A stretch of DNA of 19,925 nucleotides from UHGV virus genome UHGV-1435313; one strand, given 5' to 3'. This DNA is from a virus. Positions 1 through 8,933 of this stretch are shown one piece after another. Position 1 is the stretch's first letter. Each line of letters begins with the position of its first letter. Position numbers and translations under genes: made by a program. Under the pieces are notes generated by a model. It was not told the DNA's origin. It searched no databases and was given only the letters and a program-made list of their open reading frames with translations.

Positions 1-53
1 AACGAGCCCCTCCTAAGGGCTAATTGCAGGTTCGATTCCTGCAGGGGACACCA
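1..53 (+). tRNA. argW: 3' portion of a tRNA-Arg(CCU) gene (anticodon arm, variable loop, T-arm, acceptor 3' strand, CCA); the 5' part lies upstream of the window. Likely the prophage attL integration target.
   Basis: Seen in sequence: anticodon stem AGCCC/GGGCT (5-9 / 17-21) with loop CTCCTAA (anticodon CCT at 12-14), T-arm GCAGG-TTCGATT-CCTGC, acceptor 3' strand AGGGGAC, discriminator A, CCA at 51-53. Assignment to argW is from memory of E. coli tRNA-Arg(CCU), a known target of P4-family integrases; it was not checked with a tRNA scanner. Confidence 0.8.
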
Positions 54-58
54 TCTAT

Positions 59-140
59 CAGTTCGCTCCCATCCGTACCAGTCCGCAAAATCCCCTGAAT
101 ATCAAGCCTTCCGTAGATTCACAGTTCGTCATGGTTCGCT
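59..140. repeat. Three copies of (A/G)GTTCG(C/T)T in the tRNA-int spacer; candidate arm-type integrase binding sites of attL
   Basis: CAGTTCGCT at 59-67, CAGTTCGTC at 122-130, GGTTCGCT at 133-140, seen directly. Their role as Int arm sites is inference from their position between the att core and int. Confidence 0.25.
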
Positions 141-148
141 TCAGATCG

Positions 149-178
149 TTGACAGCCTCACTCCATGACGGGTAAAAA
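149..178 (+). promoter_or_regulatory. Candidate sigma70 promoter for int (-35 TTGACA at 149-154; weak -10 TAAAAA at 173-178 with 18-nt spacer)
   Basis: Perfect -35 hexamer seen; the -10 is poor (4/6), so this is a weak call. Confidence 0.2.
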
Positions 179-214
179 GTGGATAAAATAATTTTACCCA
201 CCGGATTTTTACCC

Positions 215-1372
215 ATGCTCACCGTTAAGCAGATTGAAGCAGCAAAGCCGAAAGAAAAACCATACCGCCTACTCGATGGTAATGGCCTGTACCTTTATGT
301 CCCTGTGTCAGGGAAAAAGGTATGGCAGCTTCGCTACAAGATTGACGGTAAGGAGAAAATCCTGACCGTAGGAAAATATCCGCTAATGACTTTGCAGGAG
401 GCAAGAGATAAAGCATGGACCGCGAGGAAAGACATCTCGGTTGGCATCGATCCGGTAAAGGCGAAAAAGGCTTCGTCTAACAACAATTCCTTTAGTGCGA
501 TTTACAAGGAATGGTACGAGCACAAGAAGCAAGTCTGGTCAGTAGGCTATGCAAACGAACTTGCCAAAATGTTTGATGACGACATTTTACCCATCATCGG
601 CGGTCTTGAGATTCAGGATATTGAGCCGATGCAACTGTTGGAAGTAATCCGCAGATTTGAAGATCGCGGTGCAATGGAACGAGCCAACAAAGCACGCAGA
701 AGATGCGGCGAGGTTTTCCGTTACGCTATTGTCACCGGAAGGGCTAAATATAACCCGGCACCTGACCTTGCTGACGCCATGAAGGGATACCGCAAGAAGA
801 ACTTCCCGTTTCTTCCTGCAGACCAGATCCCGGCATTCAACAAAGCACTGGCAACATTTTCAGGAAGTATCGTATCGCTCATTGCGACCAAAGTTTTACG
901 CTACACAGCCCTCAGAACAAAAGAGCTTCGTTCCATGCTATGGAAGAACGTCGATTTTGAAAACAGGATTATCACCATCGACGCCAGTGTGATGAAGGGA
1001 CGCAAAATTCATGTGGTCCCGATGTCAGACCAGGTGGTTGAACTTCTAACTACGCTAAGCTCCATCACTAAACCAGTATCAGAGTTTGTTTTTGCCGGAC
1101 GCAACGATAAGAAGAAGCCAATCTGCGAGAACGCGGTATTGCTTGTGATCAAACAAATTGGCTATGAGGGTCTGGAAAGCGGTCACGGATTCAGGCATGA
1201 ATTCAGCACGATTATGAACGAGCACGAATGGCCCGCTGATGCTATTGAAGTGCAACTAGCACATGCCAACGGCGGTTCTGTGCGTGGAATTTACAACCAT
1301 GCTCAGTATCTCGATAAGCGCAGAGAAATGATGCAATGGTGGGCGGACTGGCTTGATGAATATAAGCTATGA
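215..1372 (+). CDS. int: Site-specific tyrosine recombinase, P4/IntS-family prophage integrase (385 aa from ATG 215; the ORF track's start at 179 is a GTG that adds 12 residues)
   Basis: N-terminus MLTVKQIEAAKPKEKPYRLLDGNGLYLYV is a typical P4-family arm-binding domain start. C-terminal catalytic region has GHGFRHEF (H-x-x-R) and the tyrosine in VRGIYNHAQY. It sits directly downstream of the tRNA in the same orientation, as for argW-intS and ssrA-intA in E. coli. Confidence 0.9.
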   Translation: MLTVKQIEAAKPKEKPYRLLDGNGLYLYVPVSGKKVWQLRYKIDGKEKILTVGKYPLMTLQEARDKAWTARKDISVGIDPVKAKKASSNNNSFSAIYKEWYEHKKQVWSVGYANELAKMFDDDILPIIGGLEIQDIEPMQLLEVIRRFEDRGAMERANKARRRCGEVFRYAIVTGRAKYNPAPDLADAMKGYRKKNFPFLPADQIPAFNKALATFSGSIVSLIATKVLRYTALRTKELRSMLWKNVDFENRIITIDASVMKGRKIHVVPMSDQVVELLTTLSSITKPVSEFVFAGRNDKKKPICENAVLLVIKQIGYEGLESGHGFRHEFSTIMNEHEWPADAIEVQLAHANGGSVRGIYNHAQYLDKRREMMQWWADWLDEYKL

Positions 1373-1373
1373 A

Positions 1374-1412
1374 TTAGCGCAAGAAGAAATAATGTTATTC
1401 ATCATGCGCTAA
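1374..1412. repeat. Inverted repeat TTAGCGCA(1374-1381)/TGCGCTAA(1405-1412) in the 48-bp gap between convergent int and tailspike; possible bidirectional terminator or protein-binding site
   Basis: 8-bp perfect inverted repeat seen directly; the 23-nt loop is long for a canonical intrinsic terminator. Confidence 0.3.
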
Positions 1413-1420
1413 TACTAGAT

Positions 1421-3427
1421 TTAGCTAATTAACTCAATTGTCGACGAGTTAGTACAATAAGCAGGCTGCTCTGTAACGACATCCCTAACCATCATTTTAG
1501 AGCTTGGACCGTTAGCGGTTAGATCTCCTGATTCTGCTGATGAATCTCTAACTATATTATTAAATGAGCAAATACCATCTATATAGCATAATGTTGATCC
1601 TGGTCGCACATCTGAATCAGTAACAACAAACCCCGCAATAGAATCGTGAACGGTGATCGCAACATTATATGTAGTTGATTCATCTATATCCTTGATCGCA
1701 GGCCCACGACATCCACTATATGAGCAGTTAATTCTTACGCCTTTGCATGACTCATGAGATGTAGACCCGTTATTATTATTTGCTCCTGACGTATCAAGAT
1801 ACCCATTACCAGCGCCTGTATTATTTACTTCAATAAAATGAGGGCTAATTCCTGATGCACCTTCATGATAGTTGAAACCATCACGCCTATTCGAATGAGC
1901 AATGCAATTTTCAGTAATTACAATACCAACATCTAGTGCTGATAAACCGTTGGAATTTGCGTCGTATGCACAACTGAACTCACAGTTCTTTGCGTAGAAC
2001 ACACCCTGCCTAAATGTACCGTCACTTTTTACCGTAAATGCTCCTGTAGATGTTCCTATATTATGGGAACCAAAAAACTTAAACCCCTCAAGATAAACTC
2101 GATGATTGCCACTCCACACCCATACATATGGATCTCGAGCATACTGAACTGAAATCCTATTTTGATTGGTATATACTGATTCCCCATTCTTTGTGTGCAC
2201 ATAAACCTTGTATCCATCTGATGCATCCACAAACCATGTCGAAGAAGTTGATTGGCATTCAGACAAAGAATTTACTTTTTTAAGTCTTTCATATCCGAAC
2301 TTAGGACTAAAGCTTCCTGTATCAAAAACTGCCAATGGTGTATTACCTGATAAAGTAGGAGTAAATAAGTTTAATCCATTACCAAAACCCCACACCCCCT
2401 GTTCTACACATCCAGCATAAACAGGGCCGCCAACTGCTATTATATTCAAACTTGCAGTAACATTGTATAGAGAAAGAGAAGATTCCCACGGGAGAATTGT
2501 ATTCCCTCTTACATAAATGGTATTTATATTTCTGCTTATCGCTTTTGTTAATGTTTTATATGCAGTCAGCCATGAATTACCATCTCCATTGGCATCATCG
2601 CCATTTACTGGATCAACATATATAGGTGATGTTGAAAATGTCTGTCTAAACACAGACAAGTCATTGCGCATCGTTGCTGAATTACCTCTTCTTTCATACA
2701 TTATATCTCCAAATCTTGTATATCCAATAGGAGAAGTGCTTCCAATTAAAGATGATGCTCCAGTTGATACCCTTTTAATTCTTTTTAGATAATCCGACCC
2801 GTACCTATATATATCGAAATTAATATTACCAAGTATGGTATTTACTCTCTGAAAAAATGATTCCTGCCCATTGTCAACAAGCCTAACAATTTCACCACTA
2901 TCAATACTGGATGCAATCATAGATTCTTTACTATAGAATGTCTTCCCAGCTATGACTAGTAATTCATCTGTTTTTTTATCTTTTTGTGTCAGTCTTTCCA
3001 ATTCATCATATACTGTTGTATTTCCAACAATAGATGATGAGTGCCCAACAAGTTCTGAGCCATTCGTCTGCTGCAATTCCTGTCTGAATCTGTCAGGGTC
3101 ATACTTCAGCACATTCGGGAAATAGAACTGCTGCACACCATACGCATCATATACAGCCATAGAATGGCCTTGCACAGTTACGAACTTGGCAATATGTCCG
3201 TTATATGCAGGGTAACCAGCAGCATTAATGATGATTGGTTGCGATACAGGAACGTGAGAGCCGTCTTCGTTCTCCACATAAACCTGAATCTGGTTTTCAG
3301 GATTTACCGGGTCAGTGTCAATTTTACCGATATAAATTTTACCATTGGCTACGGCTTTGAAAGAACGCGCCATAGTGAAGAGTTGCGAAGGCATACTCAC
3401 TACAACATTGGGTGTAATGTCTGACAT
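1421..3427 (-). CDS. Tailspike protein (P22 gp9 / Sf6 gp14 homolog), 668 aa from the internal ATG at 3425-3427: conserved N-terminal head-binding domain plus a divergent right-handed beta-helix receptor-binding/depolymerase part
   Basis: [59 protein letters not shown] matches the P22-like tailspike head-binding domain as I recall it. An AAGG Shine-Dalgarno lies ~10 nt upstream of this ATG. The C-terminal two thirds carry beta-helix-like Asn/Gly/Ser-rich repeats ([35 protein letters not shown]). The 32-codon in-frame upstream extension (to 3523) is judged non-coding. Confidence 0.85.
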   Translation of the reverse strand: MSDITPNVVVSMPSQLFTMARSFKAVANGKIYIGKIDTDPVNPENQIQVYVENEDGSHVPVSQPIIINAAGYPAYNGHIAKFVTVQGHSMAVYDAYGVQQFYFPNVLKYDPDRFRQELQQTNGSELVGHSSSIVGNTTVYDELERLTQKDKKTDELLVIAGKTFYSKESMIASSIDSGEIVRLVDNGQESFFQRVNTILGNINFDIYRYGSDYLKRIKRVSTGASSLIGSTSPIGYTRFGDIMYERRGNSATMRNDLSVFRQTFSTSPIYVDPVNGDDANGDGNSWLTAYKTLTKAISRNINTIYVRGNTILPWESSLSLYNVTASLNIIAVGGPVYAGCVEQGVWGFGNGLNLFTPTLSGNTPLAVFDTGSFSPKFGYERLKKVNSLSECQSTSSTWFVDASDGYKVYVHTKNGESVYTNQNRISVQYARDPYVWVWSGNHRVYLEGFKFFGSHNIGTSTGAFTVKSDGTFRQGVFYAKNCEFSCAYDANSNGLSALDVGIVITENCIAHSNRRDGFNYHEGASGISPHFIEVNNTGAGNGYLDTSGANNNNGSTSHESCKGVRINCSYSGCRGPAIKDIDESTTYNVAITVHDSIAGFVVTDSDVRPGSTLCYIDGICSFNNIVRDSSAESGDLTANGPSSKMMVRDVVTEQPAYCTNSSTIELIS

Positions 3428-3705
3428 TATACTTTTACCTTGCAGGTTTTGAGATGCTGCAAACTTAACTGGTAAGAGTGACGTCAGGCCGAGCAAAGAC
3501 TTTAGAAGAGTTCTTCTTTTCATGATTCTTCGTCAATTGTGATGGTCTAAAGGAATCATGCAAAAAAGAGTGTCTGTTATCAACCTGACAGTCACTTAAG
3601 TTGCGCAGCATTGCGTTAAAGTTTGATATAGTTTTGGTAAACAGGAGGATTTATGGACAGAGATTTATATAAAAAAGACTGCAACTAACCATCCGTGGCT
3701 TTCCG

Positions 3706-6441
3706 TTACTTCTGGTTATCATCACTGTTCATCCAGTACATGATGCCTAGCCTTGATATGGTTTTCTTATCTGATTCTGGAAGTGAGTTGTAAAACGAGC
3801 GCCAAGCAGAAGAGCGTCTTACAGTTGTATCAACGATGCTTTCTGGTGCTTGTTTTACTGCCAGCCTTGCTGCTTTCTGGAATTCTGGTGAGCTAATTAG
3901 CTTTTCTGCAGATTCAATTGATTCAGCGCCGCCCATCGCCCTGATTTTGCTGGCGACTTTTGCCCCAATTTCTGACCCAGCAACAGCACCTACTGCACTG
4001 AACGGTCCTGACACAGTTGAACCAACCGCAGTGCCAATGCGTTGGGCATGGTTAGCAACAAATTCATTTGCCGCAGTGACGCGATTAAACCGTTTGACGA
4101 ACTCGTTTAGTCTTCCTGTAGTTATCTCGTAAGATTTTGCGTCTTTTATAGCCTTTGCGACCTTATATACATCGTTCAGACCTGACATAGTCTCTTTTGG
4201 TAAATGTCGGGCAAGATTGCGCATCTGCCCGTTTGCTAACATGTTTTGATACCAGTCAGCAAACCCTGCAGGATTAAAATCAGCGCCACGTTTTCCGTTC
4301 GAAAGCATATCCCGAAGACCTGTTCCCAGTAGCTCGGTTCTTAGCTTCCTGGACGGCGTGTTTTGCATCAATTCACGAAATCCTTTGGCATCGCCTTTCG
4401 ACATTGCCTGTAGTGCTGTAGTTGCTTTGCGAGAAACATCACCGTTCAGCGTTCTGCCAGTTAGATTAATCATTTGCTCTTCCATGCTTTTTCGCATCTG
4501 AACAAGCCTCTGAGCAACTTCAAAATCACGTAATGCATTTGTCTCTGACAGCGCCGCCTTTTGATCATCGGCGAGCGAACCGTAAAGCCTCGATAAAGCA
4601 GCGCGATCAGCATCTTTATATGGTCCAGAATTCTTATGAAGTGCATCACCAACAAGTCGTCGTTGCTTATTGAGATTTGCATAAGTTAATGCGCCGTTCT
4701 TGCCTGGATTAACTGCCCGAAAGACTCTCTTTTCAATAGGGTCAAGGTTTTTCATCCCGCCAAGATCTTCTGCCACCTGTTTGAGCATTGACCTTGTTGA
4801 TGGCGCATCAATTTTTGCACCTGCAGGCATCGCCTTTTCAACATTGCGATAAAGCTGGTCGCTTCGTTTCATCAGCGCAGACATTCTTCCATTGACCGTA
4901 TCAATAAACTTGTCGCTCATACCAAGAGCATCTTTTGCACCGGAAACGCGATCAATTATCTCCCCCGCGCCCTGTGCTAGCTGCCTGATTGCTTCATTTT
5001 CCTGCACCTGTAGAGCAGAACCCGCACGGGACTTGATTGCTTGCTCAACTGCCTTGTATTGCTCGTTCCCGGAAAAGTGTGAAGGGAGTAATGAATCAAC
5101 ATTAAGCCTTTCAGCAGACTCCAGAACTTCAGCCTGAGGATTGATATCTAGTTCATCAAGCGATGAAGCGAGATTTGGCCTTTTTTGTGCTGCTACTGTG
5201 CGAACGACTTCCTCTGGGTTCCTCGTTGCAGGCGTCATTGGTACACCTTGTGCTACTCTTGCCTCTGCGGCATGAACCGCAGGATTTGTTGCTGCAGCGG
5301 CATCACCGGAGAATGGTGATGTTTCTGTTGCCGCAGTGGTCGCTCTCTGTGCAGATGTTTTATTGCCACTAATTATATTTGATGCACCACGAACACCACG
5401 GGTAACGCCATTTATCAGGCCATGCGTAGCAATGTTAAGTCCGGCATTAATAGCGGCATTTTCGGCAAAATCACCCCGTTGATTCGCCGCGTCAGCGAGA
5501 GAACCAATGACCATGTTTCCAGCTACTCCTGCTCCAGGAACAAGATAACCGCCCATTGACTCTCCAGCTTGCGCATAAGGGTCTGTCGGTCGATCTACTG
5601 GACGATAGACATCGTCCAAAACCTTGGGGCCACCAAGCCCCTGGCTGATTGCATTAATCAGACTTGCGCCACCCTGCAATACGTCAAATGGTATGTTTAC
5701 CAGACCACGACCAGCCTGCTCTGCAATTTGCCCTGCACTTTGACCACCTGTGAGCCAATCGCCAGCTTGTTGCATCAATGATGGTTCTTCACGTGCTGGT
5801 TCATTATTGGCCTGATTAACTGTTTGTTGCTGAACAGGTTTCGGTGCGACAGAACTTACGGGTTGAGGTGGCTGCTGACTGGCTGCCTGCTGCTCAATCT
5901 GAGCAAATGGATTATTTGGGTCTGACTGCACACCTGATGCCGATACTTGTTCGGATGACTGTGCTTCCAGTTGTGCAAACGGGTTGTTAGGGTCTTGCTG
6001 AGGATGTACCTTTGCAGAGGTGGCGCGCTGTTCGACTGTTGAGTCTGTCACCGGGTCACCCGCCCATTGAGCAAAGCGATCATCAACGTAGCCGCGGCCT
6101 TCAGGTCCTGGCGTATATTCACCACGCTTTGCCTTCATAACGTTGCCGGGACCGTCGTGATAAGCCTGAAGAGCGTCACGCCAGTTACCAAACTGCTGGT
6201 ACATCTTTGCCAGATAGCGCGCGCCAGCGTCAGCCTGATATTCGGGGTTTTGCATTTGCTCATCGGTATAACCCATATCACGCCATGTCCCAGGCATGAC
6301 CTGAGTCAATCCTACAGCCCCGGCGGAGCTTACTGCGGCAGGGTTGTAAGAAGACTCCTTGGCACCCAGTGCAGTCATCAACCCTTCTGGCACACCGTAA
6401 CGTGCGCCAGCCTGCTCTAACAAATCACGGTAATTAGCCAT
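3706..6441 (-). CDS. Ejection (internal virion) protein, P22 gp16-position homolog, 911 aa, with N-terminal family-1 lytic transglycosylase (SLT) domain
   Basis: Last gene of the E-protein trio before the tailspike. Residues ~20-100 (coords ~6142-6384) carry SLT motifs: catalytic E-S in [24 protein letters not shown], and AYHDGPGN (the AYNxG-type motif). Start abuts the preceding gene's stop (6441/6442). Confidence 0.75.
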   Translation of the reverse strand: MANYRDLLEQAGARYGVPEGLMTALGAKESSYNPAAVSSAGAVGLTQVMPGTWRDMGYTDEQMQNPEYQADAGARYLAKMYQQFGNWRDALQAYHDGPGNVMKAKRGEYTPGPEGRGYVDDRFAQWAGDPVTDSTVEQRATSAKVHPQQDPNNPFAQLEAQSSEQVSASGVQSDPNNPFAQIEQQAASQQPPQPVSSVAPKPVQQQTVNQANNEPAREEPSLMQQAGDWLTGGQSAGQIAEQAGRGLVNIPFDVLQGGASLINAISQGLGGPKVLDDVYRPVDRPTDPYAQAGESMGGYLVPGAGVAGNMVIGSLADAANQRGDFAENAAINAGLNIATHGLINGVTRGVRGASNIISGNKTSAQRATTAATETSPFSGDAAAATNPAVHAAEARVAQGVPMTPATRNPEEVVRTVAAQKRPNLASSLDELDINPQAEVLESAERLNVDSLLPSHFSGNEQYKAVEQAIKSRAGSALQVQENEAIRQLAQGAGEIIDRVSGAKDALGMSDKFIDTVNGRMSALMKRSDQLYRNVEKAMPAGAKIDAPSTRSMLKQVAEDLGGMKNLDPIEKRVFRAVNPGKNGALTYANLNKQRRLVGDALHKNSGPYKDADRAALSRLYGSLADDQKAALSETNALRDFEVAQRLVQMRKSMEEQMINLTGRTLNGDVSRKATTALQAMSKGDAKGFRELMQNTPSRKLRTELLGTGLRDMLSNGKRGADFNPAGFADWYQNMLANGQMRNLARHLPKETMSGLNDVYKVAKAIKDAKSYEITTGRLNEFVKRFNRVTAANEFVANHAQRIGTAVGSTVSGPFSAVGAVAGSEIGAKVASKIRAMGGAESIESAEKLISSPEFQKAARLAVKQAPESIVDTTVRRSSAWRSFYNSLPESDKKTISRLGIMYWMNSDDNQK
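5887..5994 (-). repeat. Intragenic direct repeat encoding DPNNPFAQ(L/I)E(A/Q)Q twice, 24 codons apart, in a Gln/Pro-rich linker of the ejection protein
   Basis: Repeated peptide motif at residues 150-161 and 174-185 of the 911-aa protein; corresponding imperfect DNA repeat seen on the + strand (5896-5920 and 5961-5990). Confidence 0.5.
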
Positions 6442-7773
6442 TTACTGCCCCAAAGATGGAAGATATCCGTAGCGATTAATGAAGTCGATTGACAGCTCGG
6501 GGTGCTGCTTCAGGTAATCTATAGAAGCCTGAGGCGCTTCCACTCGCTTGATACCGTTTTGCTGAACGTACTTACCAACCGCCTCATTACGCTTCTGGTT
6601 GAGCGTGTTCAGGATGACGCCAGCGTTGCGACGAAAGGACTCCTCGCTCTGCGAGTTCTGCAGCGAACCAACAGCCTGGTCGAGCTTTTTGCCCTCGGCA
6701 TCAGAAAGTGCGCCCATGCCTCGCATGGCCTGAACCGCTGTCAGGTATGCTTGTGATTTAAAGGTATCAAGTCGTGCCTGAGTGTCTGCAGCCTGTGAGC
6801 CTGGAACGTTGGGGATTACTCCACGTAAGCCTGTAATGCTCTTAAGTGAAGGAGAACTAACGATATCGTTCAGAGTGAACATGCTGGTTGTGAGGGTGTT
6901 GATGCCGTCTTTGTAGCCATCATTTAGCGCTTGCTGCTTCTGCTGCAACTGCTGGTTGTTGGCTGCTATGCGGCTCTGTATTTCCTGGCGCTTCAGGTCG
7001 TTAGTTTCTGCTGATAGCATCCGGTCAAGGCGCTTATTTTCGTTGTTAATGCGGTTTGTTTCTGCGTCCAGATTAATGCGCTGCTGACCTAAATTCGCCT
7101 GGATATCTTGTCCGCGCATTGTGATTGCCTGATTCCGAGCGGCGGTTTGCGAATCCAGATCCTGACCGCGCATGGTAACCTGGCGACCCTGCATTTTATC
7201 CTGTAGGTCAAAGTATTTTTCGGGCCCGAGACTGTTCATCCCCAGGTGATCGACAAATTCGCCGAACTGCCGCGGGTTCTGTTGGTACATCTGAGCGACG
7301 TCATGAGGATTAACGCCAACACGAGCTAACTCACCGGCGTTGTTTTGCAGCCATGATTGCATTGCTTCTGGAGACGATGACGCAAGGCGTGCGCCAGCCG
7401 CTAAGGTGCCGATAGAATTACGCTGCTCTTCATCAATGAATCCCATGCCTTTACGAACGGATTCAATCTGGTCTGGATATTGAGTAGCCAACTGACGCAA
7501 AGCACTGCGATCACCAGACGCATAAGCATTAGCGTACGCCTGCTGAAATTCTTTCTGCCGCTGAGCCTGCTTTTCCTGCTGAAACACCCCCGCAATACCT
7601 GAAAGGCCTTGCAAAGCAGTCAGCCCAACATTGTTAGCGCCTGAACGCTCAATATCATTGTTCTGCCTGATAAGCTGAAGCGTATTGCCGATGTCATTTA
7701 CGCTCGGAGCGTTTGAGTTGACGCCGCCGATACCAGCCAACAATCCGCCGTTTGTTCCTTGCCAAGTAGCCAT
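6442..7773 (-). CDS. Ejection protein, P22 gp20-position homolog (443 aa)
   Basis: Position in the conserved order gp14-gp7-gp20-gp16 of P22-like phages; Gln-rich with a coiled-coil-like middle; tightly packed with its neighbours. Call is by synteny and composition, not strong motif identity. Confidence 0.6.
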   Translation of the reverse strand: MATWQGTNGGLLAGIGGVNSNAPSVNDIGNTLQLIRQNNDIERSGANNVGLTALQGLSGIAGVFQQEKQAQRQKEFQQAYANAYASGDRSALRQLATQYPDQIESVRKGMGFIDEEQRNSIGTLAAGARLASSSPEAMQSWLQNNAGELARVGVNPHDVAQMYQQNPRQFGEFVDHLGMNSLGPEKYFDLQDKMQGRQVTMRGQDLDSQTAARNQAITMRGQDIQANLGQQRINLDAETNRINNENKRLDRMLSAETNDLKRQEIQSRIAANNQQLQQKQQALNDGYKDGINTLTTSMFTLNDIVSSPSLKSITGLRGVIPNVPGSQAADTQARLDTFKSQAYLTAVQAMRGMGALSDAEGKKLDQAVGSLQNSQSEESFRRNAGVILNTLNQKRNEAVGKYVQQNGIKRVEAPQASIDYLKQHPELSIDFINRYGYLPSLGQ

Positions 7774-7782
7774 GATTACCCC

Positions 7783-8475
7783 TTAAAACAACGAGCCAAG
7801 CAATCCGATACCAGCACCAATGCCAGCGCCCCAAGGCGTTGATGTTCCCAAAAGGCTGGCAAGACCTGCACCGGCAATCGCACCAGACGTGCCACCGCTA
7901 ATTGCAGTCTGAAGACTTGATGGTTTATTGGCATTAGCAGCGGCAAGTGCTGCGCTTTGCTGTGCAATGCTGCTCATGTTGTTGGCGTACGTCTGCCCGG
8001 CGTTTGCCTGACCTTGCAGCGCACCAAGCCCAACGTTTGCCAGATTGTTGTAATTGCTCATCTGGTTTGATAACCAAGACTGACCGAGTGTCGGCGCGAT
8101 CGTAGCCAGTTGATTGCTTGTGGCTGTCGAACCAAGTCCTCCAGTCGCTTCCGCAGCAGCAAGACTCTGGTAACGAGCCTGACCTGCAAGGTCTTTATAC
8201 TGCTGAGAATTGTAATACTGATTAAGTGCCTGCCCCTGACCTTCTAAACTGGAAAGATTCTGAAGCTGGTTAACATACTGCTCCGCAAGCGGCGTGAACG
8301 GAGCAAGGTTTTTCATGATCGTCTGCCACTGCTGATTTTGCAGGTCTGCGGCATACTTCTGAGCTTCTGCGGCATACTTTGCGCTTTTATCAGAACTGCC
8401 ACCTTTCCCGCCTTTTTCAGGGCAATAAGGTTCCTCGCCGCGCAGTTTTCTTCCCAGCTTAAATGCATATAACAT
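7783..8475 (-). CDS. Ejection protein, P22 gp7-position homolog (230 aa; P22 gp7 is ~229 aa)
   Basis: Synteny and size; Gln/Ala-rich with a Gly/Ala-rich hydrophobic C-terminus (GAIAGAGLASLLG...GAGIGAGIGLLGSLF), typical of membrane-interacting ejection proteins. Confidence 0.6.
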   Translation of the reverse strand: MLYAFKLGRKLRGEEPYCPEKGGKGGSSDKSAKYAAEAQKYAADLQNQQWQTIMKNLAPFTPLAEQYVNQLQNLSSLEGQGQALNQYYNSQQYKDLAGQARYQSLAAAEATGGLGSTATSNQLATIAPTLGQSWLSNQMSNYNNLANVGLGALQGQANAGQTYANNMSSIAQQSAALAAANANKPSSLQTAISGGTSGAIAGAGLASLLGTSTPWGAGIGAGIGLLGSLF

Positions 8476-8477
8476 GG

Positions 8478-8933
8478 CTATCTCCCGTGATTCAGGAAGT
8501 CGATTAGTTCTTCGCGTGTGGCGCTGTAAAACGTCACGTCATCCACGCCTTTGAAGTATTTCTTGATGGTTCCGACACGCTTAAGGCCAATCATTGCGCA
8601 GTAAATCTGCCCGTGGCGGAATTTGCGTGCGGCGAACGATGTGACGCACTGAACGGTGGTGTTAGTCAGAATGTATCGCCAGAACGCCAGCCCGATTTCC
8701 TTGCTGAAGCCGCGAATCTCTGGCAGGTACATGGCGTGGCAATCAAAGGTTAGCGGCTGAATCTCCTGATAGTAAACAATTCCGCCGAACTGCCCGTGCA
8801 CGTTCACCTCAAAGTAACGGCATTCAGGTTTGTAGTCGTATCCATCACCGTTGTTGCTCCCGGCGATAATGTCATGGTGATTTCCTACGGCTTCTATCAG
8901 GTCGATGTTTCGCGTTGGTTTGAACTGAATCAT
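8478..8933 (-). CDS. Virion assembly protein, P22 gp14-position homolog (151 aa)
   Basis: Called by position between the tail needle and E-protein genes; no motif recognised. Start overlaps the needle stop by 1 nt. Confidence 0.5.
   Translation of the reverse strand: MIQFKPTRNIDLIEAVGNHHDIIAGSNNGDGYDYKPECRYFEVNVHGQFGGIVYYQEIQPLTFDCHAMYLPEIRGFSKEIGLAFWRYILTNTTVQCVTSFAARKFRHGQIYCAMIGLKRVGTIKKYFKGVDDVTFYSATREELIDFLNHGR

Noticed and set aside
179-214. Upstream GTG start for the integrase (track start at 179)
   Set aside because: P4-family integrases typically begin at the MLT(V/D)KQI(E/K)AAKP motif, which is the ATG at 215; the GTG extension adds 12 non-conserved residues. Neither start has a strong ribosome-binding site, so 179 is not fully excluded.
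3428-3523. In-frame upstream extension of the tailspike ORF ([25 protein letters not shown]...) that resembles a Sec/Tat signal peptide
   Set aside because: Tailspikes are cytoplasmically assembled virion proteins. The conserved head-binding domain starts at the internal MSDIT with a good Shine-Dalgarno, and the putative h-region is interrupted by Lys. The extension is most likely untranslated leader.
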